64,000 bases of DNA from Octopus vulgaris (lineage: Eukaryota), in contig OX597814.1 of NCBI GenBank assembly GCA_951406725.2, positions 187,674,001-187,738,000 on the forward strand, read 5' to 3'. The notes under the pieces were generated by a model. That model saw only the letters and a program-made list of their open reading frames with translations. It was not told the origin of the DNA and searched no databases. Position numbers and translations under genes: made by a program. Below are positions 13,975 to 27,630 of the stretch, one piece after another (position 1 is the first letter of the stretch; every line of letters begins with the position of its first letter).

Positions 13975-14194
13975 CCCTTTAATATTCCAATTACTCTGTC
14001 AGATATAATACTTATTCATTCACATCGGTTTGAATTAATCATACATTATCTTGTAGCTTCAAGATTTCAATGTTGTGCTTGTTTACTTTTAGAATAACAT
14101 TCTAGGATAGGTATGAAAGACCAGATCTGGCCAGTTCAAATGTAAAACAGGTAGAATATTTGGGTTGAACATGGTTGGTTTAAATGCTAAAAGG
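13975..14194. mobile_element. piggyBac-type MITE, copy 3
   Basis: TTAA|CCCTTTAA...AATGCTAAAAGG; internal sequence homologous to copies 1 and 2. Confidence 0.8.
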
Positions 14195-14344
14195 CTAAAA
14201 TAGGAAGGTGATTTTAAAAAAAGAATTATAAATGGGTCCAGCAAGAAAAACTTTCATGAAAAGTAGTAAATTGAAAAACCACTAGCATTTTACCTGAATG
14301 ATAAGAAAAAAGGGACAATAGTGACAAAGGTTAAAAAACAACAT

Positions 14345-14464
14345 GTATATATAAATAGAGAGGAATATGTATAAATGTAATGTATATATATATATATATG
14401 TGCATACATATATGTTATGTATATATAGATGTATATGTATAGATGTATATGTATGATTTATATG

Positions 14465-14495
<31 letters not shown>

Positions 14496-14559
14496 ATTAT
14501 ATATATATTTATTTATATATGTATGCATGTATATATCTGTATATATATATTTGTGTAAG

Positions 14560-14598
<39 letters not shown>

Positions 14599-14653
14599 GT
14601 ATGTATATATGTATATATACACACACACACATATATATATATGTATATATACA
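14345..14653. repeat. Compound (TA)/(TG)/(CA) microsatellite
   Basis: Direct observation; source of several spurious ORFs. Confidence 0.9.
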
Positions 14654-15230
14654 TCTATTATACAAAAGTCAATGTCTTTATGTGTGTTTGTGTGCTACTT
14701 ATAGACTCGAAAACTACTGGACCGATCCTAATGAAATTTGGAACACAAAATCCAAGCCTAGGGAGAAGGGTAATGTTGTTTGTTTCATACAATTTTGAGG
14801 GGGCATAAAGGCAGAACCCTACCATGAAAATTCATATGCTTTAGATTTTGATGAAATTTGAACCATAGGTAACTGACACAAATCAAGAGGTATTCCCAAA
14901 GTTTTCGCTTTTCATGAGGACTCTAAGATGCTCTAATGGGGGCCTTAACTCCCAAATTTTAGTCATTTTCTATGATCCAAAACAGGGTCAAAAGTACTGA
15001 ATGGATCTTCATGAAATTTGGAAATTATATTCTATGCATAAGGGCAGATGTAATGCGGTATATGTTTGAAAGTAAGGGGGCATAAATGAGGTCATAACTC
15101 CATGAAAATTCTTAAAACTTTTGCTGTTGATGAAATTTTAGCCATAGATATTAGACACAAATGAAGTAATACATGAGAAACATTTATTATTAGGGGGTTG
15201 ATGATGAGATAATTTCAAAAGGCTTTTAAT
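14654..15230 (+). mobile_element. Non-autonomous Helitron-like element (5' part)
   Basis: Starts A|TCTATTATACAAAAG; internal repeated ATGAAATTT(G/T) motifs; 3' CTAG end not found, right boundary approximate. Confidence 0.5.
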
Positions 15231-15308
15231 TTTTGCTTTTGTCATCTTACTACTCATTTCAAGTGTTTGATTCATAAGTTTTGTAGAACTATATATAGAA
15301 ACTGTGAG

Positions 15309-15349
<41 letters not shown>

Positions 15350-15399
15350 TGTGTGTGATGATCAAAATGCTTGTGTTCACATAAGCTCACTTCCTCCAT

Positions 15400-15570
15400 C
15401 AAATCGATATTACCTGTACAGGTGTACAACTACCACATGCCAGATGACAAAATGATCGCAGAGCAATTTGAAATGAAGTGTTTTGCTCAAGAATACAATG
15501 CAACACCTGGTCTGGGAATTGAAACCACGATCTCACAACTGTGAATGCAACATCCTAACCACTAAGCCAT
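15400..15570 (-). mobile_element. Old tRNA-headed SINE
   Basis: Minus strand TGGCTTAGTGGTTAGG A-box, GTTTCAATTCC B-box-like, CTTGAGCAAAACACTT core. Confidence 0.6.
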
Positions 15571-16948
15571 ATATATGTATGTATATACATACATATGCAT
15601 GTATGCATGCATGTATATATGTATATCTTTCATTAACAGTAATGAATGTATTTAGCATTTATGTAAAACTAAAGAAATATCTTTGACCAACTGCTTACAT
15701 GCCTCTGTGTGTGTGTGTACACATAATCAACATCATCATTATCATCTTTTCAACACATATTTTTCAGTAATAGTTGAGCTGCATCACAATGCATCATATT
15801 TCCATATATCAATTCCTGTATTCCTTTCAACAATGTTCTTGGGTGTAAAGAAAGTTGAGAAACTACTATCTATGCTACAGATAGGCTCCATCATAAGGAC
15901 ACACACACACACCATGAAATAAAGATGCAGTTTAATTTTTGTTTATTTCTCTATAGTGGTAGAAATCTCTTAAGGCTGTACAGCTTTCCCTGGTAGTGAA
16001 TAACCAGGTGCATGGTGGTTTTATGTGGAATATCTGCTATACACACAAGCCATCACATTCAATCTTGAACCAACGGCAGGGCTGACTGAAATGAATGATG
16101 GAGTCAGCTCTGAAGCTGAAACCAAATTGATCTGCTACATACTTTTAACACATGATGTGAGGTGAGGGATTGTAATGTCTTTTGCTCAAAAACAAAACAA
16201 AATGCTAAAAGCTGATTTGAACTCACATCTAGACAGGCAGCCATCTAACTTATTAATCAACTCACTTCAAACATTTCTTCTACAGAGAACTTAATTCAGC
16301 TACTTTGCAAATTTCATCTCACTAATATTCTGTGAAATTACATCATTTCTACACCTAGATCAGTCCTCAAATTATTCAATTTAAGACAGAATACATGTAG
16401 CATTTAAACTGAGTGTAGATGCAAATACAAGCAAGCTATGAGAGTCAAACAAACTTGAGTAACTACTTACTAAGTTTTGATTTTCTCTCATGTGCCCTTA
16501 GTGCCTACATTTATACTTGATCAAAAATTCAGTGGTGAGTAGATAGCACAATTAATCAGACAAAAAAATACCTATGACTCTAGGTTCTATGAGTTCAAAT
16601 TCCACCTAATCCTTCTGAGGTTGTTTAAAATAAGTACTAACAGTTGATGTAATCAGCTATACTCTCAAAGGAGGTATGCCAGTACGATCACAGTACTGTA
16701 AGGGAAATCAGTGAAAGATGAAATGAACATGTTTCAATTCAACTTTTTAAACTGATTTAAACTTAGTTAGTTTTTCTTTTTCAATTCATTTCTGCAGTAC
16801 TATTAAAGCACTTTTAGGTAAAGTATAGTCATAAATTCACATAAGATTGGAATTCTTCAGGTTATAACCTCATCTAGAGATAAGTTTGAATAATCCAAAA
16901 TATAATCCTTGTAACACCAATTCATCTGAAACATTTAATAAATGTCTA

Positions 16949-17119
16949 GGCGCAGGAGTGGCTGTGTGGTAAGTAGCTTGCTAACCAACCACATGGTTCC
17001 GGGTTCAGTCCCACTGCGTAGCATCTTGGGCAAGTGTCTTCTGCTATAGCCCCGGGCCGACCAATGCCTTGTGAGTGGATTTGGTAGACGGAAACTGAAA
17101 AAAGCCCGTCACATATATG

Positions 17120-17154
<35 letters not shown>

Positions 17155-17328
17155 ATGTGTTTGTGTGTCTGTGTTTGTCCCCCTAGCATTGCTTGACAAC
17201 CGATGCTGGTGTGTTTACATCCCCGTCACTTAGCGGTTCGGCAAAAGAGATCGAAAGAATAAGTACTGGGCTTACAAAGAATAAGTCCCGGGGTCGATGA
17301 CTGAAACAAGTAAAAGAGTAAAGAGTAA
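16949..17328 (+). mobile_element. tRNA-headed SINE with internal microsatellite (family A), young copy
   Basis: GGCGCAGGAGTGGCTGTGTGGTAAG (A-box), GGTTCAGTCCC (B-box), CTTGGGCAAGTGTCTT core, (TA)(TG) tract, tail TGACTGAAACAAGTAAAAGAG; near-identical to 62016-62420. Confidence 0.9.
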
Positions 17329-17918
17329 TTCCCACAAATTAAATTAATAAGAAATTCATTAGAATGTGTATTTTCTAGAATAACTATTGAATCATGAAGT
17401 TGTTTGTTAATTCTAATTTGAAAAAACTTAATAAAACATAAAAACAGAATATTATAGAAACACTAAAAATATTTCTTGCTAATTTCCAAGGCAAACTAAA
17501 CGAACTACTAATTCTATGAAAAATATAGGAAATACATTAACTATGAAATCAAAAACACTTTGAAATCAATCATAAATTGATTTTCACCAAAAATTAAACA
17601 AAAACAGAAAAAAGCTTTGGAAAAAATTATTAAATGCCATTGTTTTCAATGAATAATAATAATAAAACAAAAAGCAACATATCCTTCTTTTCAGTATTCT
17701 GGTGGTACTCGAATCCTTAAGCAACTCAATGTAATATGTTGTATCCAAAACAATCTAAGTTAGTTTGTAATATGCATCGTATGATTTTATATAATTTTTA
17801 TTTGCTATCGTAGTTCATTTGAACTTAGCATGTCAATATTTAGAAAATTGGGGAAGCGCTGCTAATATATTCGCATATTGCCACACCCACTACTACACAG
17901 ACAAAGCAGAGTCACTAC

Positions 17919-17981
17919 CTATACAGTAATCAACATAGCAGGATCTTTAAGCTCTTCAATTCTGATGATAGGCTTTTGTAC
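17919..17981 (-). other. Candidate non-coding exon (3' boundary uncertain, may extend to ~17680)
   Basis: Acceptor atatttcag|G at 17981; possible donor TAG|gtagtg at 17919; local CpG retention in a CpG-poor surround; stops in all three frames. Confidence 0.3.
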
Positions 17982-19211
17982 CTGAAATATATAAAGGTTA
18001 TTTAACTTCCCCTTTTTCACATTGTTAGAAACTTTCCATCTTCATTATTTGTTACTTTATTTCTGTATCACAACACTTCAAGCAAACTACAACACTCTTC
18101 TTTGAAAACAATAATTATGCTCATTTCAACTAAAACCCCTAAAATTTAATAAATATTGCTTCCATATCTCTCAAATTAAATGAAATATAGTAAAGGGGTA
18201 ACAGCAAATAATTAAGTATTTTCTCTTCTATGATCATGAACAGGTAAAACTGAACAGCCTATAAGCTAAATGTTGAGAGATATTTGTGTAATTAAAATAC
18301 ATTATCAAATAAGCTCCATTTCAAGAGTAATGATCCTAATCTAATAGCTTCTTTAATTGGTGTAAAGAAAATGTTGAGTGATTTTTATCCTTAGCTAATC
18401 CTAATAAAAAGTAAGATTGACATAGTTGTTTTATTATTTAAACTAAAGCTGCCAGCGGCTGTATACTAGGATTTATCCTGTCATTTGGCCTTGTTTCCAT
18501 GCTTGCTTTAACAAAAAACACAAACTTGAGTAGAAACATACTGTACTGTAGTAACTGCACTGTGAGAATTACATAACTGTTTTTATGAATTTTATGTCAG
18601 GCTTTTTTCTGTTTTCATTTTCACATAAAAGCTGGGGTTTTTTCCTTTTAATTCTTAAAACATCTATATCAGGAATTATATTAATATTAAAAAAACAAAC
18701 ATGCTTGATGGTGACTCAATATGAACTCAGATATGAACTTTTCTTACAGGAAATCCAAAAATGATCAAAATAACATAGGATATTGATCAAAGTTTAGTAC
18801 AAAATAATTTTACCAGCTTACAGTTTAATTTGAACATCAACTACATTTATCAATAAAATCTTTGTGTAGCTTATTCACACAACTAGAGAAACTTGTTTTC
18901 ACCAGGATGTGTAGCTGTAATATGTTTGTTATGAAGTGTTTAATATACATCTGAGTCAATAATGCAATTGCTGTGCAGCTACTAAGATCAATGTAGCCAA
19001 TGAAATCTATGTTAACTTCAAACAGATTAGCAGTTAAAAACCAACAGCCATGAAAGATTAGATAAAGCATGAAATGTTGAAGCAAAGATGCAACAATTCT
19101 CTGTTTTAATGGATCAAGGAAATGAGAGTTTCTTACCTGCAAAGACTTTACTACTAAACATAAAATGCATGCATGCACACAAATGCTCATACATACAAGT
19201 ACACAAATGTG

Positions 19212-19226
19212 TGTACACACACGCAT

Positions 19227-19297
<71 letters not shown>
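19212..19297. repeat. (CA)n microsatellite
   Basis: Direct observation. Confidence 0.95.
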
Positions 19298-19300
<3 letters not shown>

Positions 19301-22300
19301 CACAATCAGCATCACCATCATCTCAACTGCAACCACCACTACCGCCGCTGCCACCATCCCTGATTATCAGTGACTATCAACAATTTTTTTTTTTTAATTC
19401 AGTTAAAATTTTGCATTCCAAAAACTAAGAAAGGTAGGTTTCTGGTCTGTAGCCACATTCCAAAACAGAGTTCAATTTTATGCTTGTATTTTGTTTCTAA
19501 AAGATTCTATGCTGAATGATCTTTCACTTAAAGATTTTGTTAATGTAAAGCAGCAAGTATGCTTTTTATAAATAGTAAAATCCAATGTATTTCTTGTTTT
19601 ACATCAGAAATATATTTTTCTTTTCATGTGTGAAATAAATGAACTGCTACAAGGTTTTTCTTCTATGTCAGAAGCAGAAAATGTTTGAGAACAGTTTTTA
19701 TAGTGAAATATAGAACAAAATATAGATTTTTAACATGGGTACATGGCCATAAATTTCTTTTTCAGTTAATAAATTTAACTCAGTACTTGAATGGCACTTG
19801 TTTTGTTTTCAACTTTGAAATGATGAAAACAAAGCTAACTCTGGCAGGATTTGAACTCAGAATGTAACTGAATATTATAAGACATTTTTTTTTCTGTTGC
19901 ACCATTGATTCTGCTATATGCATCACAACCGAGATCAATCTCTCCAGAAGTCTTGTGTTTCAATCCAATACATAGTCTCTCAGTAAGATAGACCTTATTA
20001 CTCAACAGCTAGAACACAGTCTGGTGTTATAGATTTGGCAATTAACATTTGAAGGAAATTACATAACACCTTGCAGAGAATATAAATAATTAATTAATAA
20101 TTGTATATAAAGTATTACTAATCATAACTCAATACAGAGAATATTTAAAAGAATACCATCTATTTTTTTCCATACTTTATCATTGAAAATTAAAGAGACA
20201 TTTCAGGTGGTTTCATCATTTGATTAGAATTAAGGCTCTAATAAGGAAATAAATAAACAATATTTTCTACTTCAAGATTTCAACATGTTAAAATATTTTT
20301 CCTGTTTTTTATCAATAGCAATCCTTTAAACAAAATATATTCATTTCTGAACATGTTCATCTTCCTACTGACGTAGTGTCTGAGTTAAGGTACATTGGAA
20401 TAGTTTCCAGGTTGACTTGAAGTCTAAAATAATTTTCATGAAGAAGATATGTGAATTGTAATGAGAGATAAAGATATATAAGAAACAGCAACAGCTATAA
20501 AACTGAACTCCACATATAAAGTGCTTATTCTATATTGCAGCACACACATAATCATCAGTCATATAGACAAAAATTGTAAGAACAAAGATATTAAGCTCAT
20601 AACCTTTAGCACAATTAGGCCATTTTAATGCTGCTAAATTAACTCTATTCTCCTCTAATTTGAAAATTTAGATTTTTGTTAGTAGCTCATTTTTATACAC
20701 CCATCATTGTTAACTATATTATACCAAACTGTAACATATAGAAAATGAATGTAAATATAAAAATAAAACAATGGGACCAAATTAAATACTGTTAGTTAAA
20801 AATAAGAGAGAAATAAATATATAAAGAAAATAACATCTCAAGAATTGTTTAATCAACAAATTCAATGAACAAAAACATTCTACAACCTCAATAGAACTGA
20901 GAGAAAATTAATCCTATGTCTGATTATCAAAGAGCAGAAATATTAGCAATACATATAAAACAAATGAATTAAAAATTCCTGGGCTTTTTATTCATAAAAA
21001 GGTATTCATGTTGAATATAAAAGGCATCACAGTTAAAATACAAACAAAGAAAGGAAAATTACGACTTAAAGCTTTGCATTAAATGATTAAACATCTGAAA
21101 ATGAAAGAACCATTCTTTTAAGAATGTTATAAAGCATGACATCTTGTCTCTTTAAATGAGTCACCCTTGAAAAATTAATTTAGTTTCATGACTAAAAAAT
21201 TCAACTCTTGTACAAAACATTCAATATAAAAACAAAACAAAACCTATTCATTAATATTATTGAATTTCTCATTTTGATGCAATACTATTTTGCTACTAGT
21301 TTCAGAGCTAACAGAAGCAGCAAAAACCAATAATTTTATCCCTTTTCATTCTTACTGCCAATGGGGTTGTATTCAGAGAAGTCAATAAAGAAAACAATAA
21401 AAGTGCCCAACACTAGTAAATCAGATAAAGATTCCACAAAAAAAAGGACTATAACCACAATATTCTGAACTTGTTTAATAGAAAATGTCACTTTATGAAA
21501 ATAAAATTGAAATGACAGTTGCTTTTTTAATATTTACTTTCTAATTCTTCATTACTTTCATTGTGTGTCTTTTCTAATACTTCCTGATTTATATAAACAT
21601 TTTTCTTCCTTTTATAATATTCTACAGACACTAAAGGAGAGTATTTACTGCACCCAACTACCTGTAACTCATTAAACAAATGCTCTCCAAAACTTAATAG
21701 GCTCATAGTCTATCTCTGGTCTGCTAATTACAGTAATGTGTAGTAATAAATAAATAAATAAACTATCCTCTTTTTATCTTTTCATTAGACTACATTTATT
21801 TATTATAATCTCCTGCATCATTCATCCAACTAATGAGCATAGCAACATACTCTACCTATATTCGTAACCAATGGGGGGGGGAGATAAAAACAGGCAGAGA
21901 TTTGTTACCTGATGCACTGACATTTGGTGACATAAAATATGGAAGTTAAGTTAAATTAATTTTACCGAAGCACACGCAGAAATTAATACTGATTTAAAAT
22001 TTCAGTTCAAAAGTAAAATTCAAAGACTTTTTTTTTTTTAGTTAACATAGTCAGCAATCAGTTACAGAATGTTTACATAAATTCTGTAGAGTGAAAATGG
22101 TTTTTTGCTCTAACTTCCAAACAAATTATCTTTACACAGAAAGCTTCATAAACCAAGGTTACTCATCCTATTCAAGGAGGAGCAAACCTCACTAATAAAG
22201 CTGTTGATGCACTAAGTGCATCAATAGCTTTATTACACATCACCCACTTTGCTCTTTTATCAATACTATCACTTCTTTTATTCCGAAGCTTTTGTACGTT

Positions 22301-25300
22301 TCACCAATAGCAGCCCAAACAGCCTTCATGACGAACTTTGAGGCAGATGCCTCTTTAAATACACTTTAAAAATTAAACGAACATAGAAACTGGAATTCAT
22401 TAAACGCCATCCTTGTTAAACACATGCATGAAAAGAGAAGCAAATCAGATGGTGAAACATATGCATACTATATCTTGCTGATTATTATTATTATTATTAT
22501 TATTCAATTGTTCCATATACATATTTGCACACGCATCCATCTGTATACACAGAAAGCATATAGATAACGTTACTAAAGAATAGATGTACAGTCTCATTTC
22601 TTGTCAATTACACAAACAGTAAACACTTCAGATTTCTTAAGTAATTAATTTTAGTAGTAACTCCTCTAAACTGAGATAACGTTTTTTTTTTTTTGTTTTT
22701 TGGGTTTTTTTTCACAATAAACATTAATGAAAGACATGAACTTCCAGTTTTAGAAAAATCAGCATAGACATAAAGCTTGATTTTCGTTTAGCATTCATTT
22801 TTATCACCTTTCTTCTTCAGAAATATAAAATGAATTGAGAGGTTTTGATGTGTCTTAGCAAAAAAAAAAAAAAAAAATGAAATCAATATTTCAAAAGTAG
22901 CCTATTTAGAAGACAACATTCTGCCAAAACTCCTTTAAACAGAATAATCAGCAGTTATCTCTTTACTTTATTAGCAAAATAGTATAATATACTGTATACA
23001 CTTAACTTTTAATATAAAACACTTAAGGTGTGTGATGCCATATTAATAACTGTCACTGTAAGTCATTTTTGTAAGTATCATCAAACTATTTTTTATGACT
23101 CTCAAGTCTGTGGAGAGCTGTTATCCTTATTGCATACTTTGATCTTTTCCAGCCATTGATTTTTCAACCTAGAAGGTGTGCATTGTCAAAGAAGAATAAG
23201 TTTTTGAAATAAAATTATCCAAAAACATCAACTGGAATTTTACAGCATTATCACTCTCATTAGATTCTGTTGACACTAGTAGCACCATAACACAATTTCT
23301 ACCAAATGATATGCAGTGCATTTCACCCCCAGCCACCACACACATATACACCTTTTTATACAATCAGTGGTAATGCTATATTAAGAAAACAATAATAAAT
23401 TTTCAATAGAAAAACAAAAATTCAGAAACAAATTTACAAGATATTGTACAAATCAGAGAAGCTTTATTTTTGTTATTTCGAGGAAGGTAGATCTAGCATT
23501 CAGAGGATCTTCCTATGTGAAAGAACAAGCAATAATAGTAAAGTCATATCTGTTTTTATTTTTTTCCCTCTGATAGTTCAGAGTTGATGAGAAAATATTT
23601 ATACGCTGTAAAAATGAGGAAATCTGTTACAGGAACAAAACCAAATATATTGACTTATATAAGACTGTGGAATATTGAAAGAAAAGAAAAGAAAAGATTG
23701 ATATGGTAAGTGTAGTGAGATTCTTTCAATGAGATTGGAATACAGCCAGTAAACTCTGAGGAACAGAAGCCAGTATATGTTGAGTTCAGCTTTTAATTCC
23801 ATCTTACATATTATTTTCAGTTGGGATGAAAAGCATTTCTCCAATTATAAATCTTTATCTTCAGGGAAGATGCAGATATACTGCCATAAGAGTGAACAGA
23901 GGTCTTACTGCTTTTTCCATTGTTAACTTAAAAGGGCGTATTTTAAGTTATCAACAAAAATACCAATTCATCTGTTCTCAAATATAGTTAAAAATCAAAC
24001 ACATTATGTTACCTTTGTAGGTAAACATCACAATGTATGAAAAACTTTTGTTTATCCATGACAAAAGTTAAACAATAGACATCTGTTGAACAGCAAAACA
24101 ATTTTTGGCTGCAAAAACCAATTTATGAATTACAAGTACAATCTAGAAATAATGACTTTGAATTATTGCCAGCATATAGCTCTAATGAAAAGTGTGTTAC
24201 CAGAGATCAATAAAAACTGGCAATTGTTATGAGAGCTACTACATTTTTACTTATCTAAATATTGGTGATAGAAAAATGTATCGACAAAATAAGGTTTCAT
24301 ACAAGCAAGTAAGCTATTGAGTTGTGTTCATCCTACCCAGTAGGAAACAATTTCTACGAGCTACATTTTTTCTGAATGCTGACTAAGTCAGAGGTTTAAC
24401 AAAAAAAAGTAGACCTCCATGACCCTGTTAAGGATCTTCACAAGACTGGTAAAAGGGATGGAAATTATTCTCAGAATGAAGACCAGTCTGAATGCTTGTA
24501 ACAAAATAAACTCAGCTAAAAGAATTCAAGGTTCAGGTGGCAGTGTTAAACTTGGTGATATACAAAGTCTATCATTCAAAAACAAGAATAGACCTTTTGA
24601 TCAGCTTCTGTATAGTTTCCATCAACCAAATTTTATTCACAAAGCCTTGGCTTACTTGAATCTAAAGCACTTGCCTATGGTACCTTGTAGTGCGATTGAA
24701 CCCAAAACCACATAGTTACAAAGTGAACTTCTTCACCACACACCTATGACTGTGCCAAAATCTATCACTTAGCATTAAATCAAGATTCAATGCTACAAAA
24801 TAATTTTAGTGTATTCGTTTAGTTCTTTAGAAGGCTTAAATTATCCTTATTCTAACTATGTTAAAATATCTCAGTGTACAGACATAAAACTGTAAAATCA
24901 CTTACAATACATACAATATTACTACATAAGAAAGTTATATTACATGTCAGTTGATTTGAGAGGGAAAAGTCCAAGTAAAAATTCTAAAAAGCCTTTTTTA
25001 TGAGTACTATACTAGTATAGATGAACCATTACAATGAAAAAAACTGAAGAGAACTATAGAACATAGGCACTACTAGAAATTTAGATATTAATGTGATACT
25101 ACTTTATATTAATAACAAGGAAACTATTGACAATGACTGGTGAAACAAGGAGAAAATTCTTCAAAAATTACAAAAAGTATGAAGGACAGAGATGCAACTT
25201 TAAATGACTACAGACGAATCTAAAGTTCCTTTGAAACAGCAGCTTCATTGGAATTTTATTTAAAAAATATAGATTTTAAACTTATTAAAGAACTCAAGAT

Positions 25301-25791
25301 AAATATATAATGTGTGTGTGCGCATGTGAGTGTGTGATAAAGAGAAAGAGAGAGAGAGAGAGAGTGTAAGCACTCGGCAGGAAATTATGGATTTCCTCTA
25401 TTACAAACATAAATATTAATGTCAATGTTAATAAGTATGGTGGATAACAGAACTGATAGAATGTTGGATAAAATGCTTTAAAGTTATTTATTTAGTAACT
25501 CCACTTTACGTTTAGCAACACCACTTTACATACTGAGATCAAATTCTGCCAAAGTCGACTTAGCTTTCACAGGGAAAGTGTTTATAATAAAGTATCAGTC
25601 AAGACCTGTGGTCAATTAAATGTGAAATTAGATAGGAGTTAGGAAGAGTTTGGGTTTGCTATTATAAAAATGTTACATAATGCTTCGTACAAAAACAACC
25701 AGGAATTAAATTGCAATAAACTGTAAAACATATTCACGACTGAATTAATGAAGCATTTTAGAACAAACAGAAAAGATAAATGAATAGGTAC

Positions 25792-26150
25792 ATGTGTGCT
25801 TGTGCTGTAAGAAGCTTGCTTCCCACTCACATGGTTCTAGGTTCAGTCCCACTGCATGGCATCATGGGTAAGTTTTTTTCTACTGTAGCCTCAGGTCAAC
25901 CAAAGCCTTGTGAGTGGATGCGGTAGACAGAAGCTGAAAGAAGCCCATTATGTGTGTGTGTGTCTTTTTATTCATGTTTGTCCCCCACTACTGCCCCTGT
26001 AACTTGGCAGCTCAGTTATAATAAGCACTGATAAAATAAGTACCAGGCTTAAAAAATAAGTAGTGGGGTCAATTCATTTGACTAAAAAACTCTATAAGAC
26101 AGTGCCTCAGCATGGTCACAGCATAACGACTTAAACAAGTAAAAGATAAT
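25792..26150 (+). mobile_element. Family A tRNA-headed SINE
   Basis: GGTTCAGTCCCACTGC, AAAGCCTTGTGAGTGGAT and tail CAGCATGG...AAACAAGTAAAAG. Confidence 0.8.
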
Positions 26151-26664
26151 AGACAAGGAAGATATAAACACAGAAGATTTCCTTCGAAAATTTAAGAACC
26201 AAACAACTCAAAGCTAAAATTAAAACTCAATATACAAGTTTTTTGGGGTTTTTTTTTAAAGTTTTCAGTAGTTAATATTAATTTCTGGATACTAAAAAAC
26301 AAATAAAATGCAATTTATATTTTTAAACATTTAAATAACTTTGTAAAATAATGATCTAAACCTGAAAGTAAATCCAAAACAATACACAACAACAAAAATT
26401 TTCAAAACTTTCAATCACATAAAAATGTAAAATGTTTACGATACAAACATAAGTGTGAATAAATTATTCTCCATTATTCTTTCTTAGATATATGTGTCTG
26501 TGTATGCATTTTAAAATTATATATATATATAGATACACACACACACAAATATATATACACATAAATATAAATGTAAAGAAAGAATGATCATAGTTTTATA
26601 TATTGCTCCAGCATGGCCGCAGTCAAATGACTGAAACAAGTAAAAGAATAAAAGAATATATATA

Positions 26665-26893
26665 CAGGGCTCGCTAAAAGTCACCCGACAGTAAATCAAA
26701 ATGCCATAAATACCTAATATTCAATTTTATTTATTCATTCCAATTATGAATGTTTAATAATTGAATTTCTGGGGGGTTTTTTTTTCAACATTTGTCTATT
26801 TATTAGCAAAGTCTCACATAAAATTATTTTTTGTTTTAATCTTAGAATTAAATGGGTTTTGATTTACTGTCAGGTGACTTTGGGCCAACCCTA
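26665..26893. mobile_element. Tc1/mariner-type MITE
   Basis: TA|CAGGGCTCGCTAAAAGTCACCCGACAGTAAATCAAAA and inverted TTTTGATTTACTGTCAGGTGACTTTGGGCCAACCCTA. Confidence 0.8.
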
Positions 26894-27083
26894 TGTGTGT
26901 GTATATATATACATATACATGTATATATACACACATACACACAAACACACACATATATATTCATATGCACATACATATAAGTGTAAAGAAGGAATGATGA
27001 TCATACATACATACATACATACATACATACATACATACATACATACATACATACATACATACATGCATGCATGCATGCATGCA

Positions 27084-27630
27084 TGGAATGTCCCAGTGAA
27101 GACCTCAATGAAATGTAAGCACAACAGACTTAACATAATGATTTTGGATAAAGAGAAACTGTGCACAGTTGTGGAAATTAGCTGCCCAGCAGATGTTAAC
27201 ATAAAGCTGAAGATCAGTGAAAAAGAGAATACCTATACTGAACTATTGAGAAATCTGCAGTTACTCTATCCAGATTACAAGTTCAGGTTTATAACAGTAA
27301 TTATTGTGGCCCTGAGATATGTAACACACTGCCTAAACACCAATCTTGAGAAATTAGGCTTCTCAAAACCAGAAAGGAGAAAGCTAATTCAAAGACTACA
27401 GATCCAATCCATCACAGGAACAGTAAAACTCTGTAAAACTTTACAGAAGTTTATCATTTAAATATATATGAACATGTCCAGATATGCAACTATATGCATG
27501 AGAATACATGCATAAAGCAAAACATACAAATATGTACACACACATACACATACATACATACAAGCAAATACACCTTGTTGTTGATGTCGAAATTCCAATG
27601 AAGGAGCCTTGAATCTAGGTTAGAAACCGT
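27084..27630 (+). mobile_element. 5'-truncated R4/Dong-like non-LTR retrotransposon: restriction-like endonuclease C-terminus (stop at 27461) plus 3' UTR
   Basis: [39 protein letters not shown]...EKENTY..L...ITVIIVAL matches the RLE pattern HNRPDI...C.IIDV.CP.D.N..EK..KY...PVIIGALG; catalytic PD replaced by LN; begins inside a (TACA)n/(CATG)n tract. Confidence 0.85.

Noticed and set aside
16949-17030. tRNA gene
   Set aside because: A- and B-box-like motifs belong to SINE heads; no complete cloverleaf.
17820-17920. Possible pre-miRNA in a CpG-retaining patch
   Set aside because: No convincing hairpin could be paired by hand.
14291-21912. Minus-strand cag|gtaa recursive-splice-like sites (near 14293, 19136, 21908)
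   Set aside because: A few such 7-mers are expected by chance in this much AT-rich DNA; pyrimidine tracts or donors are incomplete.
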